Source of the DNA: an uncultured Alteromonadaceae bacterium
GTDB lineage: Bacteria; Pseudomonadota; Gammaproteobacteria; Pseudomonadales; Halieaceae
Assembly: GCA_964346555.1 (NCBI GenBank)
Contig: CAYFVJ010000001.1
Location: 4,779-68,778, forward strand
Direction: 5' to 3'
Length of the DNA: 64,000 nucleotides
This document shows positions 1-9,093 of this stretch, in pieces (positions within the stretch are counted from its first letter, which is position 1; every line of letters begins with the position of its first letter). Below the pieces are notes generated by a model that made no database searches, was not told where the DNA came from, and was given only the letters and a program-made list of their open reading frames with translations. The translations under genes and the position numbers were made by a program.

Positions 1-288
1 ATTATGCTCACTGGCACGGCTTCTTCGAGCTGATGCAGGACATCTACAAATTGAAAGACATACACAGCCGACGTATGGAAAGCGGTGCAATTGACTAGCC
101 TCCCGCCCCGGAAATGTTTCGGATTAGCCATATGCGGCAGTTCAACAACCCTGTCTTCTGCGGAAGTGAACACGACACCCTGGTCGGTGATGGCGTGCCC
201 ACTGATCGGCGTCCAAGTGCGTCATGTCTGTGTGAACAGATAAACTGCGGTAGAAGGCAACGGCCGTGAAAACGGAGAGTACTGGCTG

Positions 289-1515
289 ATGCAGCAGACG
301 CGGCGGACGCGATGGCTTTACATGGCCAGCCTGATCCTTGCCGGTGACAGCATCTACCTGCTGGTCTATATGCGTCAAAGCTACCAGACCAGTATGCAGG
401 AGGTGTTTGATATCACCTTTACGCAACTGGGGGTGATGAACTCCATGTTCGGGCTGCTTGCCATTACGGCATACTTTGCCGGTGGCTGGCTGTCGGATAG
501 AGTCGCTACGCGCTCGCTGCTTGTCTTTTCATTGTTTGCCACCGGTCTCGCCGGCTACTACATGGCAACGATCCCCAGTTACCCAATGCTGCTCGTCCTG
601 CATGCTTTCTGGGGTATATCGACGATACTTACGTTCTGGTCGGCTCTTGTGAAGGCCGCACGTCTATGGGGTGCTCCAGCCGACCAGGGAAAGACTTTCG
701 GGATTCTCGATGCGGGTCGCGGACTTGTTGGCGCTGTCATGTTCTCTCTCGGCGCCTGGGTATATTCCCGCTATGTATCGGTAGCGGATGGCCTGGTCGC
801 GGTGATCGTGCTCTACGCCACTGCATCCATCGTCGCAGGACTGTTCGTCTTGGTATTTATACCCGAAGATTCTGCACATGGCTCATTGAGGAGTGAAAAA
901 TCAGAATCCGCGGCGATGGGGCAGATGAGAATTGTGGTCAGGCTGCCGGCGGTCTGGTTACAGGCGTTCATCATTCTGATTGCTTACTGGCTCTATCTGG
1001 GAACTTTCGAGTTCGCTACTTTCGCTGAAAAGTCCTTTGGGCAGGACAAAGTGTTCGGCGCGACGCTGAGCGCGTTCAGGGAGTGGCTGCGCCCTTTGTC
1101 TGCCATCGCGGCCGGTTTGCTGGCCGATCGTATCCGACCTACGCGTGCCGTCATGATCTGCTTCGTGGCCTCCACCCTCGGGTACGGCGCGCTGGCGACG
1201 GTCCCGGGCGAAGCAGACCTTCTCTGGGCTCTCTGGATACAGGTCGCGACGGTGGCAATTGCCGTATTCGCCCTGAGAGGCATTTACTTTGCTCTTATGG
1301 AAGAAAGCCGCGTGCCGCTCCTGCTGACCGGAACGGCGGTAGGTCTGGTGTCGACCATCGGTTTCACCGCGGATATCTTCGCCTATCCGCTGGTGGGCTG
1401 GCTGCTCGACAGCTTCGGTGTCACGCTTGGCTACAGGTATTATTTCACGCTGCTGACCGGCGCTGCCTTTACCGGTGTTTTCCTGACACTTGCGCTGGCG
1501 AGGTCCAACCGGTAG
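289..1515 (+). CDS. MFS-type transporter, substrate unknown
   Basis: 408-aa ORF that is hydrophobic throughout. It has an MFS-like loop GGWLSDRVATRSLL after the second hydrophobic segment. Start is ATG 289 (alternative ATG 322). Confidence 0.7.
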   Translation: MQQTRRTRWLYMASLILAGDSIYLLVYMRQSYQTSMQEVFDITFTQLGVMNSMFGLLAITAYFAGGWLSDRVATRSLLVFSLFATGLAGYYMATIPSYPMLLVLHAFWGISTILTFWSALVKAARLWGAPADQGKTFGILDAGRGLVGAVMFSLGAWVYSRYVSVADGLVAVIVLYATASIVAGLFVLVFIPEDSAHGSLRSEKSESAAMGQMRIVVRLPAVWLQAFIILIAYWLYLGTFEFATFAEKSFGQDKVFGATLSAFREWLRPLSAIAAGLLADRIRPTRAVMICFVASTLGYGALATVPGEADLLWALWIQVATVAIAVFALRGIYFALMEESRVPLLLTGTAVGLVSTIGFTADIFAYPLVGWLLDSFGVTLGYRYYFTLLTGAAFTGVFLTLALARSNR

Positions 1516-1591
1516 ATACTGCATTGTAGCGATCGGGTGGCTGAACCTTCATCGGCGACCGACTCCGCAGTGCTGGCAACAGGAGGGCTGC

Positions 1592-2134
1592 ATGACATAC
1601 CGCGTCCAGAAATATCCTGCGGGCTGGCGTTTACTGCACTGGCTGATAGCGCTGATGGTTTTTACGCTGATCCCCGTCGGACTGTGGATGGCGTCGCGCG
1701 CCGAGGCCGATATCTGGGGAGAGCTGACCAACACACTATACAGCTGGCACAAGCTGATCGGTTTCAGCGTTCTCTCACTGATGATTCTTCGGATCATTGT
1801 GAGAGTCCGCTTCAAGACCCCGAACTACCCGGATACGATGCCACGCAGTCTGCGATTGGCGGCAGGACTGGTGCACCGGCTGATGTACGCGCTGCTTTTG
1901 GTGACACCCCTGTTTGGTTGGGCGGGCGTCACAGCGTTTCCCGCCCTGGTTACGGTGGGTGGATACGAGCTGCCGGCAATGCCCTTCGTTCCGGAGGATG
2001 GGGACCTGGCGGAGCGCCTGTTCGACCTGCACGGTGTTTTTGCCATTACCCTGGCAGTGCTGATCGCCGTTCATGCTGCGGCAGCGGTCCGCCACGTGAT
2101 CCGCGGGGATGGGATTTTCAGGCGGATGCTATAG
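1592..2134 (+). CDS. cytochrome b561 family protein (CybB/YodB-like)
   Basis: ORF 1490-2134. The best start is ATG 1592, preceded by AGGAGGG at 1581-1587. It is a 4-TM protein with His in the first (LLHWLIALMV) and last (HAAAAVRHV) helices. Confidence 0.8.
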   Translation: MTYRVQKYPAGWRLLHWLIALMVFTLIPVGLWMASRAEADIWGELTNTLYSWHKLIGFSVLSLMILRIIVRVRFKTPNYPDTMPRSLRLAAGLVHRLMYALLLVTPLFGWAGVTAFPALVTVGGYELPAMPFVPEDGDLAERLFDLHGVFAITLAVLIAVHAAAAVRHVIRGDGIFRRML

Positions 2135-4040
2135 CAGTCTCTGCGTGGGACCGCCTGGCCCTGATAGTGGGCGACCAGGCGTCGTTAATTTCCTGACGGC
2201 GTTGTATGATCGCCGGTAAATCCCGCTCTTCGACGATATCCAGCAATCCGCGCCTGGCCAACCAATGCCCTACTGCCTTGCTGCCGCTCAAGGCTGAAAG
2301 TGGCAGGCCCATGATCAGGCCGGAGACTATCGGTAGCATCCAGTACAGCAGCGAGGAGGGCAACCACAACAACAGTGCCAGAATCAGCAGGCCGATGATC
2401 GTATGAGCGCCGTGACTTGCCAGCAACCGGTGCCACCGAGGCTCCATGCTCTGCCGCTGCTGGGCCGACCAGCCGGAGTCCTGTCCCCGCGCGATTTCCC
2501 ACAGATGCCCGCTGTGTATGAGCATAAATAGGGGGGCGAACAGCACAGAGAACAGTAATTCCAGCAGCGCACTTAAACAGAACGGGAGTCGCCCGCAACC
2601 GCCACGCAGTCCGGGATTCAGCAAAGCGAGAGCCAGCCCCAGGAGCTTGGGCAATAACAACAGGCTAACGGTAAAAATGAACAGCCCAATCATGCCTGCC
2701 GCGTCGAATACCGGCAATCCTGCTACGGATATATCCTGCTGCACGAGAGCAAACTGCGTGCTCAACACCAGACCTACCAACACCATTGCCAGCCAAAGCA
2801 ATGAAGTCAGGTAGTTCATGACACCCATCAGCATATGCACCCGGTTTGGCCAACGCAGGCCGCGGGCCGCCATGATCGCCAGGTGCTGTACGTTGCCCTG
2901 TGCCCAACGTCGGTCACGGATTGCCGCATCCAGCAGTGTCGGGGGGCACTGTTCCCAGGATGCGGTGAGCTCAGGCATCATTCTGACTGACCACCCTGCG
3001 CGGCGAATCAGCGCGGCTTCAACGAAGTCGTGCGAGCGTATCTCACCGCCGAACGGGCGCGGCCCCGGTAATGTAGGCAGGCCGGCAGCTTCGGCAAACG
3101 CGCGGGTGCGGATAATGGCGTTGTGACCCCAGTAGTTGCCATCATGACCCTGCCATGCCGCGAGGCCGCGCGAGAAGATGTGTCCGTAGGCGGCAGTCGA
3201 GAACTGCTGCAGCCGGGCGAACAGTGTTTTTCCGCCATAGAGCCGTGGCAGGGTCTGCAGAATACCGCTCGTCGGGTCGGTGTCCATGGCGCGTACCAGC
3301 GCAGCAAGTGACTCTGCCGCGATCAGGCTGTCGGCGTCCAGCACCACCATGTAGTCGTAGCTGCTGCCCCAGCGCTCGATGAAGTCGCGGATATTGCCGG
3401 CCTTGCGGTCCGTGTTCTGCTCGCGGCGTCGATACCAGACGGGCAGCGTTGCGAGCAGGTGGCGGCGCAGGTGCTCAACGGCTGTCGTTTCGATGGCTAC
3501 TATGTCCGGTCGGTTGCTGTCCGAGAGAACAAAAATTTCGAAGTGCTCCTGCAGCCCCAGGTTGGCAAGATCCTCGCCCATGGCGGCCAGGGATGCGCAG
3601 GCGCTGGCGGCATCCTCATTGTAGATAGGCATGACCAGAGCCGTCTTGCCACGCAGTGGCGTCCCGGGCGCGGGGGTGGCCTGGGTCGGATCACTCGGTG
3701 GAGCCTGACGGAAGCACACAAGACCTGTTACCGCGGCCGTCGCAGACAGCGATATCCACGCGAAGGTTGCGGCGAACAAACCCAGCAGTATCCATAGCAG
3801 CACACTCACCCAGGGCGCGAAAGAGGCGCTTGCATCTGCGGCGTTGTTGAGCGGCATTACAAGGTACATTTGACGACTGGCAGCGACTGTCAGCGTCAGG
3901 CCGCCACCAAAAGTAAGCCAGCGCGCCATCAACGTGGAGTGGTCGCGGCGGGCGTGGCGGGCCGTCGGGCATCGGGTAAGAATCTGGGTGGGCATTGCCA
4001 GTGGCGATGCCGGCGGCGTAGCGCGTGCGGCTGACTTCAT
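2118..4040 (-). CDS. opgH: glucans biosynthesis glucosyltransferase H (GT2, osmoregulated periplasmic glucan synthesis)
   Basis: 640-aa ORF with GT2 motifs (VMPIYNED, VVLDADS, RRWAQGNVQHL) flanked by TM segments. Its ATG overlaps the opgG stop (ATGA at 4037-4040). Confidence 0.9.
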   Translation of the reverse strand: MKSAARATPPASPLAMPTQILTRCPTARHARRDHSTLMARWLTFGGGLTLTVAASRQMYLVMPLNNAADASASFAPWVSVLLWILLGLFAATFAWISLSATAAVTGLVCFRQAPPSDPTQATPAPGTPLRGKTALVMPIYNEDAASACASLAAMGEDLANLGLQEHFEIFVLSDSNRPDIVAIETTAVEHLRRHLLATLPVWYRRREQNTDRKAGNIRDFIERWGSSYDYMVVLDADSLIAAESLAALVRAMDTDPTSGILQTLPRLYGGKTLFARLQQFSTAAYGHIFSRGLAAWQGHDGNYWGHNAIIRTRAFAEAAGLPTLPGPRPFGGEIRSHDFVEAALIRRAGWSVRMMPELTASWEQCPPTLLDAAIRDRRWAQGNVQHLAIMAARGLRWPNRVHMLMGVMNYLTSLLWLAMVLVGLVLSTQFALVQQDISVAGLPVFDAAGMIGLFIFTVSLLLLPKLLGLALALLNPGLRGGCGRLPFCLSALLELLFSVLFAPLFMLIHSGHLWEIARGQDSGWSAQQRQSMEPRWHRLLASHGAHTIIGLLILALLLWLPSSLLYWMLPIVSGLIMGLPLSALSGSKAVGHWLARRGLLDIVEERDLPAIIQRRQEINDAWSPTIRARRSHAETAIASA

Positions 4041-5614
4041 TCAGTCCACCGGTAAAGCCAGGTCTCCCCCCACTGGCGGCCGTTTATCTCCAGCGTCACA
4101 CGCAATTCCGACAGCTCCGCCTGTCCAGGTGCAAATCTGACATAGGCCCGATAGTGACCGGTGGCGTCTACCAGCGTGCCGCTCGCATGCACGATGTCAC
4201 CGGCGCTGGCGGTCGCTCTGACACGTAGCGCGGCATCGCCGGCTGCCGCAGGCTGGGTCTGCCTGCCATCGCTGTAATCGATGACAAACAGCCGTTCCTT
4301 TTCCCCCGGACCGGCGCCTGACGCCGTTTTGATCACGCGCCCGGGGGCTCGCGTAAAAGTGGCGTCGGCGCCCCAGTGCATACGGTAGCGGAAACGGTAT
4401 TCCCTGCCTGACCTCAGCCCGGTGTCCGGCCGCCAGTAGGCGACGATGTTGTCCTGGTATTCACTGGCGGTCGGTATCTCCAGCAATTCGATGCGGCCCT
4501 TTCCCCAGTCACTCAGCGGCTCTATCCACAGAGAAGGTCGTTTATCGTAACGGGCCTCGTTGTCGTTGAACTGGTCGAAGTCCTGTACGCGCTGCATGAG
4601 TCCGAATCCGCTGGGCACGGAAGAGACGGCGCCGAAGCTCGCTACCTGTACCCCTGAGGGGTTGGCGAGGGGCCGCCAGATCCGCTCGCCGTCGGCCCGA
4701 TGTATCTGTAGTCCGTTAGAGTCGTGCACCGCATGGCGAAAGTCATCGAAGCCCGGGCGATTGCTGCTGTCGAAAAGAAACATGGACGTCAGAGGGGCGA
4801 TACCGACGCGCAGGCAGTCGCGACGTGGATACAGGCTGGCGTCAACGTCGATTCGGGTCTGTTTACCGGGCGCCGCGGTGAATCGATACGCGCCGGTCAC
4901 GGAGCGGCTCTCCAGCAGCGCATGGATAACGATGTCGTCTGAGCCAGCAGTGGGCCGTTCAATGTAAAAATGGCTGAAACGAGGAAACTCCTCGGCGCCG
5001 GGACCGACGGTGTTGACGGCCAGTCCACGTGCCGATAAACCATAAACAGAATCTCTGCCAACGGCACGCAGGTAGCTCGCACCCAGGAAGACCAGAAATT
5101 CATCGTGAACATCCGGCGTGTTGATAGGGTAGTGAACCCGAAATCCGGCAAAACCCGCGGCATCGAGCAAGGCGGTGTCGACAGGACTGTCTCGGTAATC
5201 GAAAAGATCCACTGAAAAAGTCAGGCGTCGACTTTTCTCGCCCTCGATCAGGTATATGCCGACAGGCTTGCTGTGTATAAATCCCGGGTGGAACATCTGT
5301 AGGCGAAAAGGCTGGGCGTCCTCGCGCCAGATGGCAGAGTCGGCGGCAAAGTTGATGCGCCGGTACTCGTCGTAGCTCAGGGAGCGCAGGCCGCTGTCTG
5401 CGATTATCGGAGCTGGCCTGTGCGGGCGCTTGGACAGATCCAGGGCATGCGCCCGGAGTTGCCGATAGGTCACGGGCCCGCTGTCTGCATGGGATGCCGG
5501 CTGTGCTATGAGCTTTGGCGCGGTCAGCAGCGCAATCGACAGACATAATGTGAAGAAACATACTGGCAAGAAGAGTCTGGCAGACGGCACACGGGTTATC
5601 ATCACATGATGCAT
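4037..5614 (-). CDS. opgG: periplasmic glucans biosynthesis protein G
   Basis: 525-aa ORF with an N-terminal signal-like segment (FLPVCFFTLCLSIALLTAPKLIAQ). Its length and sequence are typical of MdoG/OpgG, and it lies directly upstream of opgH. Confidence 0.9.
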   Translation of the reverse strand: MHHVMITRVPSARLFLPVCFFTLCLSIALLTAPKLIAQPASHADSGPVTYRQLRAHALDLSKRPHRPAPIIADSGLRSLSYDEYRRINFAADSAIWREDAQPFRLQMFHPGFIHSKPVGIYLIEGEKSRRLTFSVDLFDYRDSPVDTALLDAAGFAGFRVHYPINTPDVHDEFLVFLGASYLRAVGRDSVYGLSARGLAVNTVGPGAEEFPRFSHFYIERPTAGSDDIVIHALLESRSVTGAYRFTAAPGKQTRIDVDASLYPRRDCLRVGIAPLTSMFLFDSSNRPGFDDFRHAVHDSNGLQIHRADGERIWRPLANPSGVQVASFGAVSSVPSGFGLMQRVQDFDQFNDNEARYDKRPSLWIEPLSDWGKGRIELLEIPTASEYQDNIVAYWRPDTGLRSGREYRFRYRMHWGADATFTRAPGRVIKTASGAGPGEKERLFVIDYSDGRQTQPAAAGDAALRVRATASAGDIVHASGTLVDATGHYRAYVRFAPGQAELSELRVTLEINGRQWGETWLYRWTE

Positions 5615-5769
5615 TTATGCGGAGGCTTTTACAGTGGCGTAGATGCGTATGGGTCACATGCCAAGCCGGATCAGCAACGATACGCTTCGCTGGTCCCATG
5701 TTGCATGCGGTTCGTACAATCACACGATACATTATTGTGGACAGATGACTATGGTAACCGATTACTTCA

Positions 5770-6609
5770 GTGACGTGGTGCGTCATATTCCCACCCGTTT
5801 TGCCTGACGTGCCACATGCATTACCGCGCAGCGGGGTCGCGACTCGACTGCAGCGTGAAGTGTTGTGGATCGCCATGCTGGGTGTCGGTTTCCTCGCGGC
5901 GGTGGCAAGCGGGTTGTCAGCGCCAGAAGGAACGACAATTGCCCTGATCTGGTTCTTTCTCGGCTTGTTATGCTGGTGCGTGGTGCTCTGGCAATGCTAC
6001 CGCCGCCTGCATTTGAACTGCAGTGTGCTTGAAGGCAAGCACTACCCTGCATTGGGTATCGGCAATCGCATTACGCTGCTGCGCGGTCTGCTGATCGCGG
6101 CGACGGCAGGCTTTCTGGTGACTGTCCCGGGCGCGAGCAATCCCTGGATTTTCTATATACCGGCTGCGTTCTACACAGCGGCAGTTGTGGGTGACTGGCT
6201 TGACGGCTATTTCGCGCGCTGGCAGCGACAGACGTCCCGCCTCGGTGCGGAACTCGATACGGTGCTGGATGCTTTAGGCCTGTTGGTCGCGCCGCTGCTC
6301 GCGGTGATGCTCGGGAAACTCCATGTCAGCTACCTGTTGGTAAGCGTGGCTTATTATCTCTTCGAGTGGGGAAAAGCGTGGCGCCGGCGGTATCGTCGGC
6401 CAGTCTATGCGCTGCCGGCGAGTCGACTGCGGCGATATCTGGCGGGGATGCAGATGGTTTTGGTAGCCCTCGCGCTGTGGCCGCCTATTGCGGGCAGCCT
6501 GACGCGTATCCTGGGGATTATCCTGATGCTGCCGCTATTGTTCGGTTTTTGTCGGGATTGGTTGGCCGTCAGCGGCCGTCGCCGTGTGACTCAGGAAGGC
6601 GGAGCATGA
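5770..6609 (+). CDS. CDP-alcohol phosphatidyltransferase family protein, alcohol acceptor unknown
   Basis: It carries the exact family signature DWLDGYFAR-x8-GAELDTVLD (DG-x2-AR-x8-G-x3-D-x3-D) in a polytopic protein. The start is uncertain (GTG 5770 or ATG 5875). Confidence 0.8.
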   Translation: MTWCVIFPPVLPDVPHALPRSGVATRLQREVLWIAMLGVGFLAAVASGLSAPEGTTIALIWFFLGLLCWCVVLWQCYRRLHLNCSVLEGKHYPALGIGNRITLLRGLLIAATAGFLVTVPGASNPWIFYIPAAFYTAAVVGDWLDGYFARWQRQTSRLGAELDTVLDALGLLVAPLLAVMLGKLHVSYLLVSVAYYLFEWGKAWRRRYRRPVYALPASRLRRYLAGMQMVLVALALWPPIAGSLTRILGIILMLPLLFGFCRDWLAVSGRRRVTQEGGA

Positions 6610-7679
6610 GCCCGACAGGGGGGCTGACTCGCAGGAAAGTCCTGACGCTGTGGCTCTGGTTGCTGGCTCTGGCGCTGTTCGCCTGGACTCTCGGGCAATT
6701 GCCGCTGAGTGATATCGGCGCACAGCTGCGCCTGCTGACAGGGTGGGACTGGTTGCTCTGGTCTGCGGTCAATATCAGCGTTCTATACTTCGCAGTCAGG
6801 CGCTGGCAGCTGCTGGGGCAGGCCCTGCAGGCGCGGCTGTCGCTGCGCGCACTGTTCCGTCTGCGCCAGGCGGGCGCTGCGGTGAGTTTTCTGACCCCCG
6901 GGCCGCATTTCGGCGGTGAACCGCTGCAGCTTTACTGGCTGTATCGTTATCACGGGACGCCCCTGCACCGGGCGGTGGCTATGCTGGGTGTTGACCGCTT
7001 CTTTGAAACGGGCATCAACCTTGTGGTGCTTCTGGCGGGTGTGATCGTACTGAGTGCCACCGCTGTGGTGCCGTTGCAGGAATGGCTTTCGATAACCGCG
7101 ATCCTGAGCGGCGTTCTTTGCGCGCTGCTGGTGGCAGTCGCGCTCATGCTCCGCTACCCGGACTGGCTCGCAAACTGCCTGAGCCTGCCACTGCGGCGTC
7201 TGTATGCCGGTCTGGCGGCATATGACCGTCAGGCAGGAAGGGACGGCGCATGGCAGCGGGACAGCGCGCATCTCAGTCGCGGCTGGCAGTCGCTGGTAAA
7301 TCTATTGAGAGGCGCGCTGATACAGCATCGGCCGACGCTCTGGCTGGCTCTGCTGCTGTCAATAGCGGGATGGGGGGCGTTGCTGGTCGAGCTGGCACTG
7401 CTGCTGGATTTCCTGGGCCTGACGCCGTCACCCAGGGCTATCGCGCTGATCATGGTGGGCATGAGACTGGCGATGCTACTGCCTGTGCCCGGCGGCATCG
7501 GGACGATCGAGGCGTCATTGCTCTGGTCTTTTCAGTACCTCGGCCTCAGCGTCGACGCTGCCGTCGGTCTGATCGCCCTGGTACGCCTGCGGGATGCGCT
7601 TGTGCTGATCATCGGCATGACTTGCCTGTATAGCTACCACCGACCCGGACGCCAACGCGAGACCGCGTTAGCTGAATGA
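6606..7679 (+). CDS. flippase-like / LPG_synthase_TM (UPF0104) family membrane protein
   Basis: ATG 6606 overlaps the upstream stop (ATGA). It is a 357-aa polytopic protein with a PVPGGIGTIEASLLW motif typical of UPF0104. The 6366 ORF start lies inside the upstream gene. Confidence 0.7.
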   Translation: MSPTGGLTRRKVLTLWLWLLALALFAWTLGQLPLSDIGAQLRLLTGWDWLLWSAVNISVLYFAVRRWQLLGQALQARLSLRALFRLRQAGAAVSFLTPGPHFGGEPLQLYWLYRYHGTPLHRAVAMLGVDRFFETGINLVVLLAGVIVLSATAVVPLQEWLSITAILSGVLCALLVAVALMLRYPDWLANCLSLPLRRLYAGLAAYDRQAGRDGAWQRDSAHLSRGWQSLVNLLRGALIQHRPTLWLALLLSIAGWGALLVELALLLDFLGLTPSPRAIALIMVGMRLAMLLPVPGGIGTIEASLLWSFQYLGLSVDAAVGLIALVRLRDALVLIIGMTCLYSYHRPGRQRETALAE

Positions 7680-8048
7680 CTGTTTGAATGCCGCCCAGCA
7701 GGTCGCGTTCTCCCACAGCTTGGTGGTCATGGCGCCAGTGCCGGGTGGCGTTATGCCGGCCAGCAATTTTTCGTTCAGGATGCGGCTGAAATGCTCGATG
7801 CTCGGGTTGAGGCCAGCGAATTCGGGTTTGTCGTTCAGCATGCTGTCGCGGAAATAGTCCACCGTGCTTTTCAGCGCCGCGTCGATTTCGACAATGTCCA
7901 CCAGGTACCCGTGTCGATCGAGCGTGTCACTCTCGATACTGACTTCCAGCGTATAGTGGTGGGCGTGAGGGCTGTTCTCGTCGCCCCAGTCACCGCCTAT
8001 GAGGTAGTGGTTGGCGATAAAATCCTGTGTAACGGCTACGGTATACAT
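7668..8048 (-). CDS. 6-pyruvoyl-tetrahydropterin synthase / QueD-fold (COG0720) protein, atypical active site
   Basis: 126 aa from ATG 8048 (MYTVAVTQDF...). It has PTPS-like segments ANHYL, SPHAHHYTLEV and DIVEIDAALKSTVDYFRDSMLND. It starts 7 nt after the stop of the upstream MDR gene. Confidence 0.75.
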   Translation of the reverse strand: MYTVAVTQDFIANHYLIGGDWGDENSPHAHHYTLEVSIESDTLDRHGYLVDIVEIDAALKSTVDYFRDSMLNDKPEFAGLNPSIEHFSRILNEKLLAGITPPGTGAMTTKLWENATCWAAFKQSFS

Positions 8049-8055
8049 ACGCGTC

Positions 8056-9093
8056 CTATGAGGTTGGATAGTGGAACAATGGCTGCACGATATCGGATTG
8101 CTGTTCGTGTAACCGACGGTACAGGTCGCCGGCATCCGCTAGCGGAACAGTGTGCGTGATGAGCCGCGACGGATCCAGGCGACGAATCATTTCCCAGGCT
8201 ACGTCAAAACGCCGCTGCTTATCCCAGCGTCCGCCCAGTGATGGCGCCAGGGTGCTGACCTGACTGGTGATCAACTGCAGCCGGTTGCGGTGCGCCGGAC
8301 CACCCAGATCAACAGAGACCGGCTTGTTGCCGTACCAGCTACCGATGACGATGCGACTGGTGTAGCCGGCGAGCGAGATGGCAAGGTTGAGTGCATCCGG
8401 GTGGCCGCTCACTTCATAGATAAGATCGGCGTCGATCTGGGCAGGCTGCCGTTGCTCGGGCAGTGCTGCCTCATCTGGCCCGCACACGGTTCCTGCGCCC
8501 ATCTTCAGTGCCAGGCGTTGACGCTGTTGCTGTGCCTCCACCGCACTCAGCGACGCCAGGGGGTACTGCGCGAGCACGCCCGATAGCAGCAGCCCCACCA
8601 CGCCCTGTCCCAGCACCACGACACGCTCGCCGAGCATGGGCTGGCCGTCCTGAACCAGGTTGACCGCGGTTTCCATGTTGGGCAGAAAAACGCCAGACTG
8701 CGCGGAGATATCCGTCGGCAGCGCAATAAGGTGCTGCGCCTGGGCAATAAAATGGCTGGCGTGGGGCTGGAATGAAAACACCTGCGTGCCGATCCAGGCC
8801 GGGTCTACGCCACTGCCGACCTTCTGCACCTCCCCGACACAGGCGTAACCGAAGGGCACAGGGTATTGCGGGGGGCGCTGCAAGGATTCCAGCGTGCTGT
8901 CCAGGGACATAGAGGGCGGGAGCTGCCCCCGGTAAAGCAGCAGCTCAGTGCCGGCGCTAACGGCGGAGAACAGTGTTTTTACTTCGACCTCGCCCGGTCC
9001 CGGTGCCGCCAGCGTGAACTCACGTACCTCTACCTCGAAAGGCGCGGTAAACCAGAGTTGTGATGCCGTCGTTGTGGCACTCGCGTTCGTCAT
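8056..9093 (-). CDS. medium-chain dehydrogenase/reductase (zinc-ADH superfamily, BchC-like, catalytic zinc ligands apparently absent)
   Basis: 345 aa with a GroES-like N-terminal part (GEVEVKTLFSAVSAGTELLLYRG, GYACVGEVQKVG) and a Rossmann motif VVVLGQGVVG. Its ATG overlaps the RibD_C gene stop (ATGA at 9090-9093). Confidence 0.75.
   Translation of the reverse strand: MTNASATTTASQLWFTAPFEVEVREFTLAAPGPGEVEVKTLFSAVSAGTELLLYRGQLPPSMSLDSTLESLQRPPQYPVPFGYACVGEVQKVGSGVDPAWIGTQVFSFQPHASHFIAQAQHLIALPTDISAQSGVFLPNMETAVNLVQDGQPMLGERVVVLGQGVVGLLLSGVLAQYPLASLSAVEAQQQRQRLALKMGAGTVCGPDEAALPEQRQPAQIDADLIYEVSGHPDALNLAISLAGYTSRIVIGSWYGNKPVSVDLGGPAHRNRLQLITSQVSTLAPSLGGRWDKQRRFDVAWEMIRRLDPSRLITHTVPLADAGDLYRRLHEQQSDIVQPLFHYPTS

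Noticed and set aside
3-98. A frame open from the window edge to TAG 96-98 (…YAHWHGFFELMQDIYKLKDIHSRRMESGAID*), which could be the 3' end of a truncated upstream gene.
   Set aside because: Only 31 codons are visible and I recognised no family signature. That is too little to call as a feature.
5100-5876. A 258-aa minus-strand ORF spanning the opgG 5' region and the opgG/CDP-transferase spacer.
   Set aside because: It is out of frame with and overlapping opgG. The sequence is Cys/Arg-rich and non-protein-like, so it is a shadow ORF.
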